A program made the position numbers and the translations under genes. From Alphaproteobacteria bacterium (GTDB lineage: Bacteria > Pseudomonadota > Alphaproteobacteria > JAAXGF01), in the NCBI GenBank assembly GCA_963555825.3, contig CAUVXB020000001.1, forward strand, positions 320,001 to 384,000: a DNA stretch of 64,000 bases. The letters run 5' to 3'. Below the pieces are notes generated by a model. It was not told where the DNA came from. It did not search any database and saw only the letters and a program-made list of their open reading frames with translations. The first letter of the stretch is position 1. Every line of letters begins with the position of its first letter. Of the stretch, positions 21,472 to 31,656 are shown piece by piece.

Positions 21472-23871
21472 ATGAATTTGGACCTCGGCCAGACCACCTC
21501 ATGCGGCGGCGCAGACTTTTACGTCGTAATCAAGGAGCAAGGACACAAAGACCCCGATCTGCCTGTCTGGACCTGCACTGAACCCGGAAGTATCCGTTAT
21601 CATGAACGACCTGCTGCTGTCGTAGAACGCAAAGACTTGTCAGAAATCACCGGCGCTTTTCATCTGTTGAATGTGCTGAGCGACGAGGAATGCGATCGTT
21701 TTGTGCAAATCAGTGAAGCTTTGGGCTATCACGGCGATGCTCCTGTTTCACTCCCACGCAGTATTCGTCACAACAATAATCTGAACTGGATCGTTGATGA
21801 GAGTGTGGACGGCCCGATCTGGGGTCGTTGTCGAAGTTTCTTTGGAGTTTCCGCATTCGATGGTCAACATCCGTTGGGCCTCAATGCCAGATTTAGGTTC
21901 TACCGTTATCCGACATTCCCCATATACCATCCAAATTCGTGGAAATCGTAGCACTTTCCCACCGCCAAGGGAACTGTATCCCCTATGCAGCCATCCGATG
22001 GCATGATTTTGGTAATCGGCCCGCGCTTGGAAGGCCACTCGGTCATTTTTCTCGCCATCCAGACACACCTCTCCTGTCGCTTTCTCCTCGCCGTCGATTC
22101 CCTCGGCCTACGCCGGAGCGGGTCTTCGTCGCAGATCATCAATCAAGCTCAGGATTTTCCGGAACAGGTCCCTCGGCACCGCCACCTCAGCCAATTGGAA
22201 CGTAACGTAGCGGCCATGTCGGACAACCTTGGCCCCGATCTTCACCAGCTTGTCGCGCAACGTCGTCATCGACCAGTGCTCCACCTCCTTCGGCAAAGCC
22301 AGTGTCCTCATGAAGTTGCCCAGATTGTAGGCCAGGGCGTGAAGCTGGAGCCGAACGGCATTGTTGCGGAACTTGCGACATGACAGACGGGTCCAGTTGA
22401 TGGCGTTCTTGCCTTCCTTGATGTGCTGCTCCGCCGTGCCACGGTGATTATAGAACGCCACCACCCGCTTGGTAGGGCGCGACAGATTAGTGACGATGAA
22501 ACCGACGCGAGGAACCAGCTCGCCGGGGTGCCACTCCACTTTGGCCACGACACGGCGCTTCTTGTTCCACGATCCGGCCTGATAGCTGAAGCTGGCGTGG
22601 AAACGGCGAACATGGTCGGGCGGGCGACCGACAGGTCGCGTAAGCAGATGGGCAATGTTCCGCTGGAGAATCGCGTTCGCTTTGAGGCGGATGACGTAGA
22701 GTAATCCCTCGGCTTCGAGATATTCGTATATCTCCGGTGAGGCGAAGGCGGCATCGCCACGAAAATACAGCCGCACCTTCCTTTCCTTATAGCGCATCAC
22801 CACCGGCTCCAGAACATTCCGCCATCCGTCGGCACTGTGAACATTACCGGGGCGCAGGGAACATCTCTCCAAGTCGCCGAACTGGTTGAACAGGAATAGC
22901 GGATGCTAGCAGGTACAGCCGAAGTGACCATTGTACGCTGTTCCCTCTTGTTCGCCATGGGTCGGGCTGACGCTGCTGTCCATGTCGAGAATGATCATCT
23001 TCGGCGGATGGCGGTCATGAACCTTGTCGATCCACACCCCGTTCATGTCGACCAAGGCTTCAACGTTCTCGTCGGTGGCCAATAGCTCCGTCTCGAAGCG
23101 TCCCATCTGGCTGGTGGAAGCGGCCTGTCTTTCGATGGCCTTGCCGCCAACAATCCAGCGCATGGCGGGATCGCGTCCCAGACGGTCGGCGTCGTTCACA
23201 TCGTCATAGCCGCCAAGGCGCCCGAAAACGGACTGGCGAAACTGACCCGTCATGCCGTGCCATCCGTTCTTGCCGGTACGGCTATCCTGGAAAACACCCT
23301 CGGCCATCTCAGTCAGGCCGAGGGCATCGTCAAGCTCCCGGTAGGCGAGCAACCCGGCATCAGAGGTGATCTTGGAACCGTGGAATTCAAGCTTCAATCG
23401 ACGGTCAAAAACGACCCGAAGGCACCCCGGTTTCGATTCACCCATCGGGTGTGCCATATCCGCCGCTCCATGTATGCTACAACTTCATGATTCTTATAGC
23501 AGAATCGCCTTCTCGCCGCACTGAATATCGACGATACTTGGGAAATGCGGGGTTATAGTAGGGGCGATTTTTTCGACCCCCACACAGATGGTGCATGGCC
23601 AGGTAGTCGGGTCGTCAATGGCCAACTCGTGGCTGATGCATATGGCGATCGGCTAAGCCAAATGACGGTTCTGATTTTTTTGTCTGATGGGTACGAGGGT
23701 GGTCGCACCTTGTTCCACACGGGCCAGACATCAATCGTCCCAGTTCATACACCGAAGGGGGCGATCTTGTGCTTCCCCCATGGCATGCATCCCCAGCACT
23801 GCATTCATGCTGGCGAGGAAGTGACGGCTGGGCAAAAGTACATTATCCGGACCGATGTGTTGTATGGCTGA
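21472..23871 (+). pseudogene. 2OG-Fe(II) oxygenase (prolyl-hydroxylase-like) split by IS1380 element B
   Basis: Removing 21910-23556 restores RFRFYRY|SRGDFFDPHTDG (HxD)...HAGEEV...KYIIRTDVLY. Confidence 0.88.
21910..23551 (-). mobile_element. IS1380-family element B (transposase 22108-23457, internal stop at 22906-22908)
   Basis: Same TIR type as element A; TSD GTTAT; GHFGCTC*HPLF where element A has Tyr. Confidence 0.9.
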
Positions 23872-24157
23872 TTGACGACGCCAGATTGCCCTACTCCACG
23901 AATACGCGGGTTGGGCAAGGAGGTAATCCGGCTCCTCAACCTCGCTCCTCTAAGCCTGCTGGCGGCTATGAGGAGGCATCCATCCGAATGGCATTTGTCA
24001 GCTTACCGCTCGAAAGCGGACGCCCAGCGTGTCAGCCGCCGAGGTCTGCTCCTGACCCAGGCTGTGTAAAAACCGCCCCCGAGCGCTATTGGCACGATTT
24101 TCTCTGACTTCTCGAATTTCTAAACTCAACAAAATCAACATCTTATCAGACCACCTA

Positions 24158-24195
24158 TAGAAGAATTGACCGGGAATAGAAGAATTGACTGGGAA
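24158..24195 (+). repeat. 19-bp tandem repeat x2 inside the MITE
   Basis: TAGAAGAATTGACCGGGAA / TAGAAGAATTGACTGGGAA. Confidence 0.85.
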
Positions 24196-24324
24196 CTCTC
24201 CTGTTAGTGGTATTTGCCGGCGTTTTTACACATGGCGTAACTCGGGGATCGGGCACTGCTCTCCTTAATGTAGCAACGACCGGCATGGGCCGGGCGAGCA
24301 CACTGAAAGAGCAGGAGAGCAGCT

Positions 24325-25356
24325 ATGGAACTGTATGTTGGAATGGATGTATCGCTCAAGGAGACCTCGATCTGCGTGGTCGATGACAACGGCGAGATCG
24401 TGTCCGAGGGCGTGGTGATCTCGGAGCCGGCGGCAATCGCGGCGTATATCAGGACAACGGCGCCGCACGCAAAGCGCATCGGTCTGGAGACCGGTCCGAC
24501 GACGACCTGGCTGTGGCATGAGCTCAGGGCGCTCGGCTTGCCGGTGATCTGCATCGATGCGCGTCATGCCAAGGCGGCGCTGTCGATGCAGATCAACAAG
24601 AGCGACCGGAACGATGCCGCCGGGATCGCGCGGATCATGCAGTGCGGTTGGTACAAGGAGGTCCAAGTCAAGAGCGTGGCGTGCCACGAGATACGGGCCG
24701 TCCTGAACAGCCGGGCCCAGTTGGTCAAGATCAAGCGTGATCTCGAGAACCAGATCCGTGGCTTGCTCAAGAACCTCGGCCTCGTCATCGGCAAGGCGGG
24801 CGGCAATGTCTTCCGTCGCCGGGTCGAAGAGCTGCTTGGCGGGCAGGGTCTTTTGTCGGAGGCCGTTCGGCCCCTTCTGGAAGTCCGCGAGAAGGTCGGC
24901 CGAGAGATCGCCGCGCTCTATCGCAAGCTGCTGGGCCTGGCGCGGAACGACGAGGACAGCAGACGTTCCATGACGGTTCCAGGCATCGGGCCGATCACCG
25001 CCTTGGCCTTCCACTCGGCGATCGACGAGCCGAGCCGCTTCCGACGTTCCCGGAGTGTCGGCGCGTACATCGGGCTGACGCCGCGCCGCCATGCTTCCGG
25101 CGAGGTCGATTGGACGGGGCGGATCTCCAAATGCGGCGATCGAATGCTCAGGACCTACCTCTTCGAGGCGGCCGGCGTGCTGCTCACCCGGGTGCCGCGA
25201 TGGTGCGCGCTCAAGGCCTGGGGTCACAGGTTGTGGAAACGCATCGGCTTCAAGAAGGCCAAGATCGCCGTGGCACGGAAGCTGGCGGTCATCCTCCATC
25301 GCATGTGGCGTGATGGAACGGACTTCATCTGGTCAACCAAAGAGGCGGCCGCATAG
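24325..25356 (+). CDS. IS110 recombinase/transposase (DEDD RuvC-like + Tnp domain)
   Basis: [40 protein letters not shown]...GRISKCG. Confidence 0.95.
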   Translation: MELYVGMDVSLKETSICVVDDNGEIVSEGVVISEPAAIAAYIRTTAPHAKRIGLETGPTTTWLWHELRALGLPVICIDARHAKAALSMQINKSDRNDAAGIARIMQCGWYKEVQVKSVACHEIRAVLNSRAQLVKIKRDLENQIRGLLKNLGLVIGKAGGNVFRRRVEELLGGQGLLSEAVRPLLEVREKVGREIAALYRKLLGLARNDEDSRRSMTVPGIGPITALAFHSAIDEPSRFRRSRSVGAYIGLTPRRHASGEVDWTGRISKCGDRMLRTYLFEAAGVLLTRVPRWCALKAWGHRLWKRIGFKKAKIAVARKLAVILHRMWRDGTDFIWSTKEAAA

Positions 25357-25369
25357 GGAAACAACGTCC

Positions 25370-25560
25370 AAGCATTCCGCGAGAGCGGAACCGATGCCCC
25401 TGTCGGGACGGCGGCGTCGGCGAGATCGATCCAGGCTTTGCGATGCCTCACCGAGGCAAGCGCGCTTCACACATTGATCCGCCAACGTCCTCCAACGCCA
25501 TCATGCGGAGGGCCGAGCCCCTACCGCGGAGAGAACAGTGAACCCGGCAGGTACGTCACG
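25370..25560 (+). ncRNA. Putative bridge/seek RNA of the IS110 element (copy 1); RNA ends approximate
   Basis: Target loop CCAGGCT (25431-25437) and TTCACAC (25466-25472); donor loop ACGCCAT (25495-25501) and AGAGAAC (25530-25536); each pair brackets an inner hairpin. Confidence 0.8.
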
Positions 25561-25592
25561 GAGAGCTTGACAACCAACCCCCGAGTTAGAGA

Positions 25593-26224
25593 ACGTTCCA
25601 TGACGGTTCCAGGCATCGGGCCGATCACCGCCTTGGCCTTCCACTCGGCGATCGACGAGCCGAGCCGCTTCCGACGTTCCCGGAGTGTCGGCGCGTACAT
25701 CGGGCTGACGCCGCGCCGCCATGCTTCCGGCGAGGTCGATTGGACGGGGCGGATCTCCAAATGCGGCGATCGAATGCTCAGGACCTACCTCTTCGAGGCG
25801 GCCGGCGTGCTGCTCACCCGGGTGCCGCGATGGTGCGCGCTCAAGGCCTGGGGTCACAGGTTGTGGAAACGCATCGGCTTCAAGAAGGCCAAGATCGCCG
25901 TGGCACGGAAGCTGGCGGTCATCCTCCATCGCATGTGGCGTGATGGAACGGACTTCATCTGGTCAACCAAGGAGGCGGCCGCATAGGGAAACAACGTCCA
26001 AGCATTCCGCGAGAGCGGAACCGATGTCCCTGTCGGGACGGCGGCGTCGGCGAGATCGATCCAGGCTTTGCGATGCCTCACCGAGGCAAGCGCGCTTCAC
26101 ACATTGATCCGCCAACGTCCTCCAACGCCATCATGCGGAGGGCCGAGCCCCTACCGCGGAGAGAACAGTGAACCCGGCAGGTACGTCACGGAGAGCTTGA
26201 CAACCAACCCCCGAGTTAGAGAAC
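25593..26224 (+). repeat. 630-bp tandem duplication of the IS110 3' third and right end, including a second bridge RNA copy
   Basis: Repeats 24963-25594; two substitutions seen (25341 A/25971 G and 25397 C/26027 T). Confidence 0.9.
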
Positions 26225-26504
26225 AGCCTGGACCCGTTGCGGGCATGACGCGGCATGGCGAAATTGGTCTGCAAGCCTGGGGCGATCTCGCCGACACCGT
26301 TCGGCGTGCTTACGCCCTTCGACCGGAAGGACGTTCACACCTCACCCGACAGGGAGATCGCTTCCGCCCTTGCGGAAATCATGGGGGTTGTTGCTTCTAA
26401 GCGGCCGCCTACCTGGCTGACCAGATGAAATCAGTTTCATCACGCGACATGCGATGCAGCATGACAAAGCCCCCGCGGGCACTTCGGATCGGAATCGGAG
26501 CGGC

Positions 26505-26687
26505 GGCGAGAGCGGCATGACCATGATCGTGGTGACCCATGAAATGGACTTCGCCCGCACAGTCGCCGACGAGATGGTTTTCATGGACGACGGTCGCATC
26601 ATCGAATCGGCTCTGCCCGACGCGTTCTTCTCGACGACCAAGAGCGACTGCACCAAGCTGTTCCTGAGCCAGATTCTATCGCATTGA
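26505..26687 (+). pseudogene. C-terminal fragment of a polar amino acid ABC transporter ATPase
   Basis: GMTMIVVTHEMDFARTVADEMVFMDDGRIIE...KLFLSQILSH; no Walker A region upstream. Confidence 0.85.
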
Positions 26688-26900
26688 CGGGCCCGGTTCG
26701 CCGCCGGTGTCGGGCTTTTGCCGTAGGGCCGGGAGTCACCTCCTGCCTGTCCCTCCAGTTCATCTCATTCGGGCCACCAACGGATTCTTCGCCGCCGCCG
26801 GCGACGCGCTTCTCATCGAAACGCAGGTGTAGCGTGACAAGGCGATGGAGGGGTGAAGTGAGCGCGTTCCGAATGCCGGTTGCCGGCCGTAGCCATATCA

Positions 26901-28075
26901 TACCAGTGAGCGCCTGAATTGACTCTCGGGATATTCATTGATGGCGGATGATGGCGGATTGTGATTCTATGGTCTCCCACCAGATGTGGGGGATGTCATG
27001 GGATCAGCACTCAAGATACGGGATGATTTGACGCCTTTGGAGCTTCGGCGCTGGGCTCGCGTGGAATCGTACGGTCGAGCGGCGGCGCGGGCCTATGGGA
27101 TCGCGAATGCTTTGGAGGAGATGCCCCGGGCTGATGCCGCGCGGCTTGCGGGGATGGATCGCCAAACGCTTCGCGACGCGGTTGTTCGTTACAATGCAAA
27201 GGGATTGGAGGGGCTTCACGACCGTCCAAAGGGCTACTCGCCGCGGCGGCTGACGGCAGACGAGGAAGCGGCGCTGGCGGCGGTCATCATCGCCGGGCCG
27301 GAGCCTGAGCGCGACGGGGTTTGCGCCTGGACCCGGGCCGATCTGTGCCGCTGGCTGGAGGAGCGCTTCGCCAAGACCTACCACCCCTCGAGCATGACCC
27401 GGGTTCTACGGCGGATGGGATTTTCCCGCCAGAAGGCGCGCCCGAGCCACCCGCGAAGGGACGCCGAAGCGCAGGAGCGCTTCAAAAAAGGGGGCTTCGC
27501 GACATCCTGAAGGCGACCGCCGCGGCGCATCCCGACAAGCGCCTACAGCTGTGGTTTCAGGATGAAGCGCGCGTCGGCAACAAGGGCCGGGTGTGTCACC
27601 GGTGGTGGCGCAGGGGCGAGCGTGCCCCCGGGACGCGTCAAATCGGCTACCAGTGGGCCTACATCTTCTCCGCCGTGCGCCCGGACACCGGCGACGACGT
27701 CACCCTGGTGATGCCGAGCGTCAACGCCAAGGTCATGGACCTGTTTCTCGCACACTTCGCCGATACCCTGGACCAGGATGCGCACGCCGTCATGATGTGC
27801 GACGGCGCCGGTTGGCACGACGAGCGCGCCCTCACCGTCCCCGACAACGTCACCTTGGCGCTGTTGCCGCCTTACAGTCCCGAACTCAACCCCGTCGAGC
27901 GGGTTTGGCTCTACCTACGCGAACGCTTCCTATCGCTCCGCGTCCTCGACGACACCGAGGCCATCATCGACGCCTGTTGCCAAGCATGGATCGACCTCAT
28001 CGCAGAACCGGATCGTATGCGAACCCTCTGCGCCTATCCATGGATCATGAAGGTGATTTCATAGGCTCACTGGTA
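26901..28075 (+). mobile_element. IS630-family element, copy 2
   Basis: Identical ORF translations to copy 1 in inverted orientation; flanks TCA/TCA; AAAAAAG at 27484-27490. Confidence 0.93.
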
Positions 28076-29461
28076 TCAGTCCAACGGCGGCCGCTGCTTG
28101 CCGTAGCCAGTCGCCTGTTCGTAGGCGTGAGCAATCTGAAGAACCAAAAGGTCGGCGCCGGGTGGGCCCAAGATCTGCAGGCCGCGCGGAATACCGGCAT
28201 CAGAAAGTCCACAGGGAACCGTGGCGGCGGGCAGTCCGAGCAGCGGCGCGGCGAAGAGCAAGGACCAGTCGTGCCTGTCTCCCGCTTCCTCGTCGTTGAA
28301 ACCGAAAGGGTCGGAAAGGTCATTCGGCCAGACCAGGACATCGTGCCGGGCGAAGGCCCGCGATACCTCGTTCCACATCTTGTGCCGACGGGCCTCGGCC
28401 GCCATGAAGTCCACGCCGGTCAGGCTGCGGAACCAGTGATACTTCTGCTCGAGCCGGGAATCGAGGCCGCGCCCGACCGCCGGCTCGACCTCGGCGGCGA
28501 CGCGTTGATAGGCCAGAACGCTGTAGTGATCGTAGAGGTCATCTACATGGTCGATCGGGCATTCGGCGACGACGCAACCGAGACCCTCGAACACGCTGCG
28601 CTGAGCGTCGAAGTTACGGCCGATGTCGGGATCGATCTGGAGGCAGTCATGGTCGCGGCTCCAGCCGATACCGAGCCCCGTCATGTCGCGGGCCAGCTCG
28701 GGAAGGCCAGCGGGAAATGGCGCTGACACCACGACCGGGCAGCGGAGATCGGGCCCTGTCAACGCCGACAAGAACAGAGCAGCATCCGCCACGCTGCGGG
28801 CCAGCGGCCCCGGCGCGTTCATGTTGTGCCATATGGCGGGATTGGGGACGTCGGGAATCATCCAAGACGTCGGGCGGTGGCCGACGATGTTGCACCAGGC
28901 AGCGGGGTTGCGCACGGACCCGCCGATGTCGGAGCCGTCAGCCAGCGAACACAGGCCGGCGGCGAGCGCGGCGCCGCTTCCGCCGCTGCTGGCGCCGGGA
29001 CAGAGGGTGGTGTCGTATGGATTGCGAGTCGGCCCGAACACCGGATTGTCGCAGGTGTTGAGCGCCATGGTGTATTCGGGCGTATTGAGCTTACCCAGGA
29101 TAATGGCGCCTGCGGCCTTCTCCCGCTCGACGACCGAGTGATCGAACGCCGGGACATGATCCTTGAAGGCAAGCGACGCGAACGTGGTGCGAATTCCCTT
29201 GGTCGGGAAGCAGTCCTTCACGCCGATGGGAAGGCCGTGCAGGACGCCGATAGTGTCGCTCCGGGCGCGCGCCTCGTCGGCCAATTTGGCCTCTCCGCGT
29301 GCTTCGTCCAGGCGCAGCGTGACGAAAGCGTTCAGCAGCGGATAAAAGCGTTCGATACGGCCTATGTAGGAATCGACGAGCTCGACCACGCTCAGTTCGC
29401 GCCGATCGAGCAAAGATTTTTGTTCGACGGCGGAGAGGAAACAGAGATCGATTGCGTTCAT
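28076..29461 (-). CDS. Amidase (amidase signature family)
   Basis: GLPIGVKD, PGASSGGSGAA, GSDIGGSVRNPA. Confidence 0.9.
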   Translation of the reverse strand: MNAIDLCFLSAVEQKSLLDRRELSVVELVDSYIGRIERFYPLLNAFVTLRLDEARGEAKLADEARARSDTIGVLHGLPIGVKDCFPTKGIRTTFASLAFKDHVPAFDHSVVEREKAAGAIILGKLNTPEYTMALNTCDNPVFGPTRNPYDTTLCPGASSGGSGAALAAGLCSLADGSDIGGSVRNPAAWCNIVGHRPTSWMIPDVPNPAIWHNMNAPGPLARSVADAALFLSALTGPDLRCPVVVSAPFPAGLPELARDMTGLGIGWSRDHDCLQIDPDIGRNFDAQRSVFEGLGCVVAECPIDHVDDLYDHYSVLAYQRVAAEVEPAVGRGLDSRLEQKYHWFRSLTGVDFMAAEARRHKMWNEVSRAFARHDVLVWPNDLSDPFGFNDEEAGDRHDWSLLFAAPLLGLPAATVPCGLSDAGIPRGLQILGPPGADLLVLQIAHAYEQATGYGKQRPPLD

Positions 29462-29593
29462 GACACCGCTACGGTTTATCCGCCATGGACCGTGATCCTC
29501 CCGTTAGGTATCGGCGAAACACGCCGGTCCATGTAATACCGTACCCGAACCCGAAGCTCTGTATTGTAGCTCCGTGACACTGAAACCGCTCTA

Positions 29594-30763
29594 GTGTCCC
29601 GATTCCGAAGTTCGCATGATTTTCGCCTGCTGTTCAGCGATTTCGATTGTTCGGAGGCAGAAGCGCTGGATGGCGCCGAGGATGTCATCGGCGGATTTGG
29701 TCCATTTGAAGGGTTTGGGGTTCTGGTTTGTCGTGTCGATGTAGTCGAGGATGGTGCGCTCCAAGGCCCTTGGTGGAGCGATGGACGCCGCGCCTGATCT
29801 GCTTGTCGTCAGCAGCCCGAACCAGCGCTCGACCTGGTTCAGCCAGGAGGCGCTGGTGGGTGTGAAATGGGCCTGCCAGCGCGGCCGTTTGGCGAACCAG
29901 TCGCGGATCGCCTTGGTCTTGTGGGTCCCGTAGTTGTCCATGACGATGTGGATGTCGAGATCAGCAGGGACGTTCGCCTCGACGAGGTCGAGGAATTTGC
30001 GGAACTCTCGGGCCCGATGGCGCGGGAAACATTTGCCGATGATCTCTCCCGTGGCGATGTCGAGGGCCGCGAAGAGAGAGGTCGTGCCGTGGCGCTTGTA
30101 GTCGTGGCTGCGCCGCTCCGCCTGCCCGGGGCGCATCGGCAAGAGGGGCTGGGAACGGTCCAGGGCCTGGATCTGGCTCTTTTCGTCGACACAGAGAACC
30201 AGGGCACGATCCGGCGGCGCCAAATACAGACCGACGATGTCGCGGACCTTCTCCACGAAGAAGGGATCGCTCGACAGCTTGAAGGTCTCCGAGCGATGCG
30301 GCTGCAAGCCGAGGCCCGCCAGATGCGATGAATGGTCGAGGGCGCGTGGCCGCTCGCCCGCGCCATCGAGCGAAGGCTCCAATGGGTCGCGTCCGGCGGC
30401 GTCTCTTCCAGCGTCAGCCGGACCGCTTCCGCGATGGCGTCATCGCCGATTTCCGCGGCGCGCCGGGGCGGGGTTCGTCGTACAGACCGTCGAGGCCCTC
30501 CGCCGCATAGCGGCGACGCCACTTGCCCACGGTGTCCGCGCTCGCCTCGAGACGAACCGGCGATCTCCTTGTTCTCCAACCCTTCCGCCGCCGCCAAGAC
30601 GATCCGAGCCCGCCGCGCAAGCCCCTGCGACGTCTTGCGACTACGAGACAGCGCCTCCAATTCCCGTCATCGCTCAAAGAGATCGTCACCGATGACTCTC
30701 GCCATCAATCGCGCCTCCTAAAAACAAATAGAGACATAATCATATCAATTGATCACAGGACAC
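29594..30763 (-). mobile_element. Degenerate IS630-family element (multiple frameshifts)
   Basis: Ends (TA)GTGTCC...GGACAC(TA) in CTAG context; [31 protein letters not shown] split over several frames. Confidence 0.88.
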
Positions 30764-30944
30764 TAGACTCCGACCTTCACCGCCACCTTAGTCCTGTATC
30801 CTAGTCCCGCAACTGAGATTTCACATTCGACGCGTCGCGGACAACGGATCCGGCGTGCATCAGTGTCCCTGAGCCCTCGTGCGGGTCCCGATGTCGCACG
30901 GAGCCAACCGGTTGGTCAGGGAATCTACTTTATGGCTACAGAAC

Positions 30945-31652
30945 CTAACCGGCCCCGCGGCTCTTCACCGAGGCCGCGGTCTGGCTGAACAGCACCTTGC
31001 GTTCGTCCTCGCTGGGTGGACCCGAGCGGCGGAATTCCTTGCCCAGATCGACGGCCCGCTGGACGGCCGGGCGCTGCTTCACCGCTTGGCGCCAGCGCGC
31101 CACATTGGGGAAGTCGTCGAGCGGCTGGCCCAGGGGCTTGGCGATCAGCACCCAGGGCCAGCAGATCATGTCGACGATGGAGTAGTCATCGCCGAGAATA
31201 TAGGCGCGGCCCTCGAGCCGGCGCTCGAGCACGCCGAGGCAGCGGTTGTACTCGTTGGCGTAACGCTGCCTGGAATAGTCATGATCCCCGGGCGCATAGT
31301 TGACGAAATGGCTCAACTGCCCGGCCATCGGTCCCTGGTTGCCGACCTGCCAGAACAGCCACTCCATCATCTCCTTCTTGCCCGCCGCGTCGGCCGGCGC
31401 GAAGCGCCCGGTCTTCTCGGCGAGGTAGAGCAGGATGGCGCCCGACTCGAACACCGTGACCGGTTCGCCGCGCGCGCCGTGGTCGACGATGGCCGGCATG
31501 CGGTTGTTGGGGCTGATGGCGAGGAAGGCGGGGTCGAACTGCTCGCCCTTGCCGATGTCGAGGGGCACCAGATTGTATTCGAGGCCGCACTCCTCGAGCA
31601 TGATGGCGACTTTCCAGCCGTTCGGCGTCGGCCAGTAATGAAAATCGATCAT
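30945..31652 (-). CDS. Glutathione S-transferase, YfcG-like
   Basis: MIDFHYWPTPNGWKVAIMLEE, SPNNRMPAI, FESGAIL. Confidence 0.9.
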   Translation of the reverse strand: MIDFHYWPTPNGWKVAIMLEECGLEYNLVPLDIGKGEQFDPAFLAISPNNRMPAIVDHGARGEPVTVFESGAILLYLAEKTGRFAPADAAGKKEMMEWLFWQVGNQGPMAGQLSHFVNYAPGDHDYSRQRYANEYNRCLGVLERRLEGRAYILGDDYSIVDMICWPWVLIAKPLGQPLDDFPNVARWRQAVKQRPAVQRAVDLGKEFRRSGPPSEDERKVLFSQTAASVKSRGAG

Positions 31653-31656
31653 CGCC

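Larger units (their letters stand above)
24232..25594 (+). mobile_element. IS110-family (IS1111-type) element
   Basis: Sub-terminal IR TAACTCGGGG / CCCCGAGTTA; AC core at both junctions; long 3' non-coding end. Confidence 0.9.
24058..26230. mobile_element. IS1182-type MITE (about 180 bp: 24058-24231 plus 26225-26230), right TIR interrupted by IS110
   Basis: Left TIR CAGGCTGTGTAAAAAC; right TIR GTTTTTACAC|AGCCTG rejoined after removing IS110; TSD GACC at 24054-24057 and 26231-26234; IHF consensus AATCAACATCTTA at 24133-24145. Confidence 0.82.

Noticed and set aside
24158-24195. Short direct repeats as a possible CRISPR array
   Set aside because: Only two adjacent units, no spacers, no cas genes
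25438-25986. 182-aa ORF as an independent IS110 accessory gene
   Set aside because: Chimera of the non-coding right end read into the duplicated transposase tail
11758-28075. Inversion between the inverted IS630 copies (likewise the IS1595 pair)
   Set aside because: Each copy keeps its own matching target duplication
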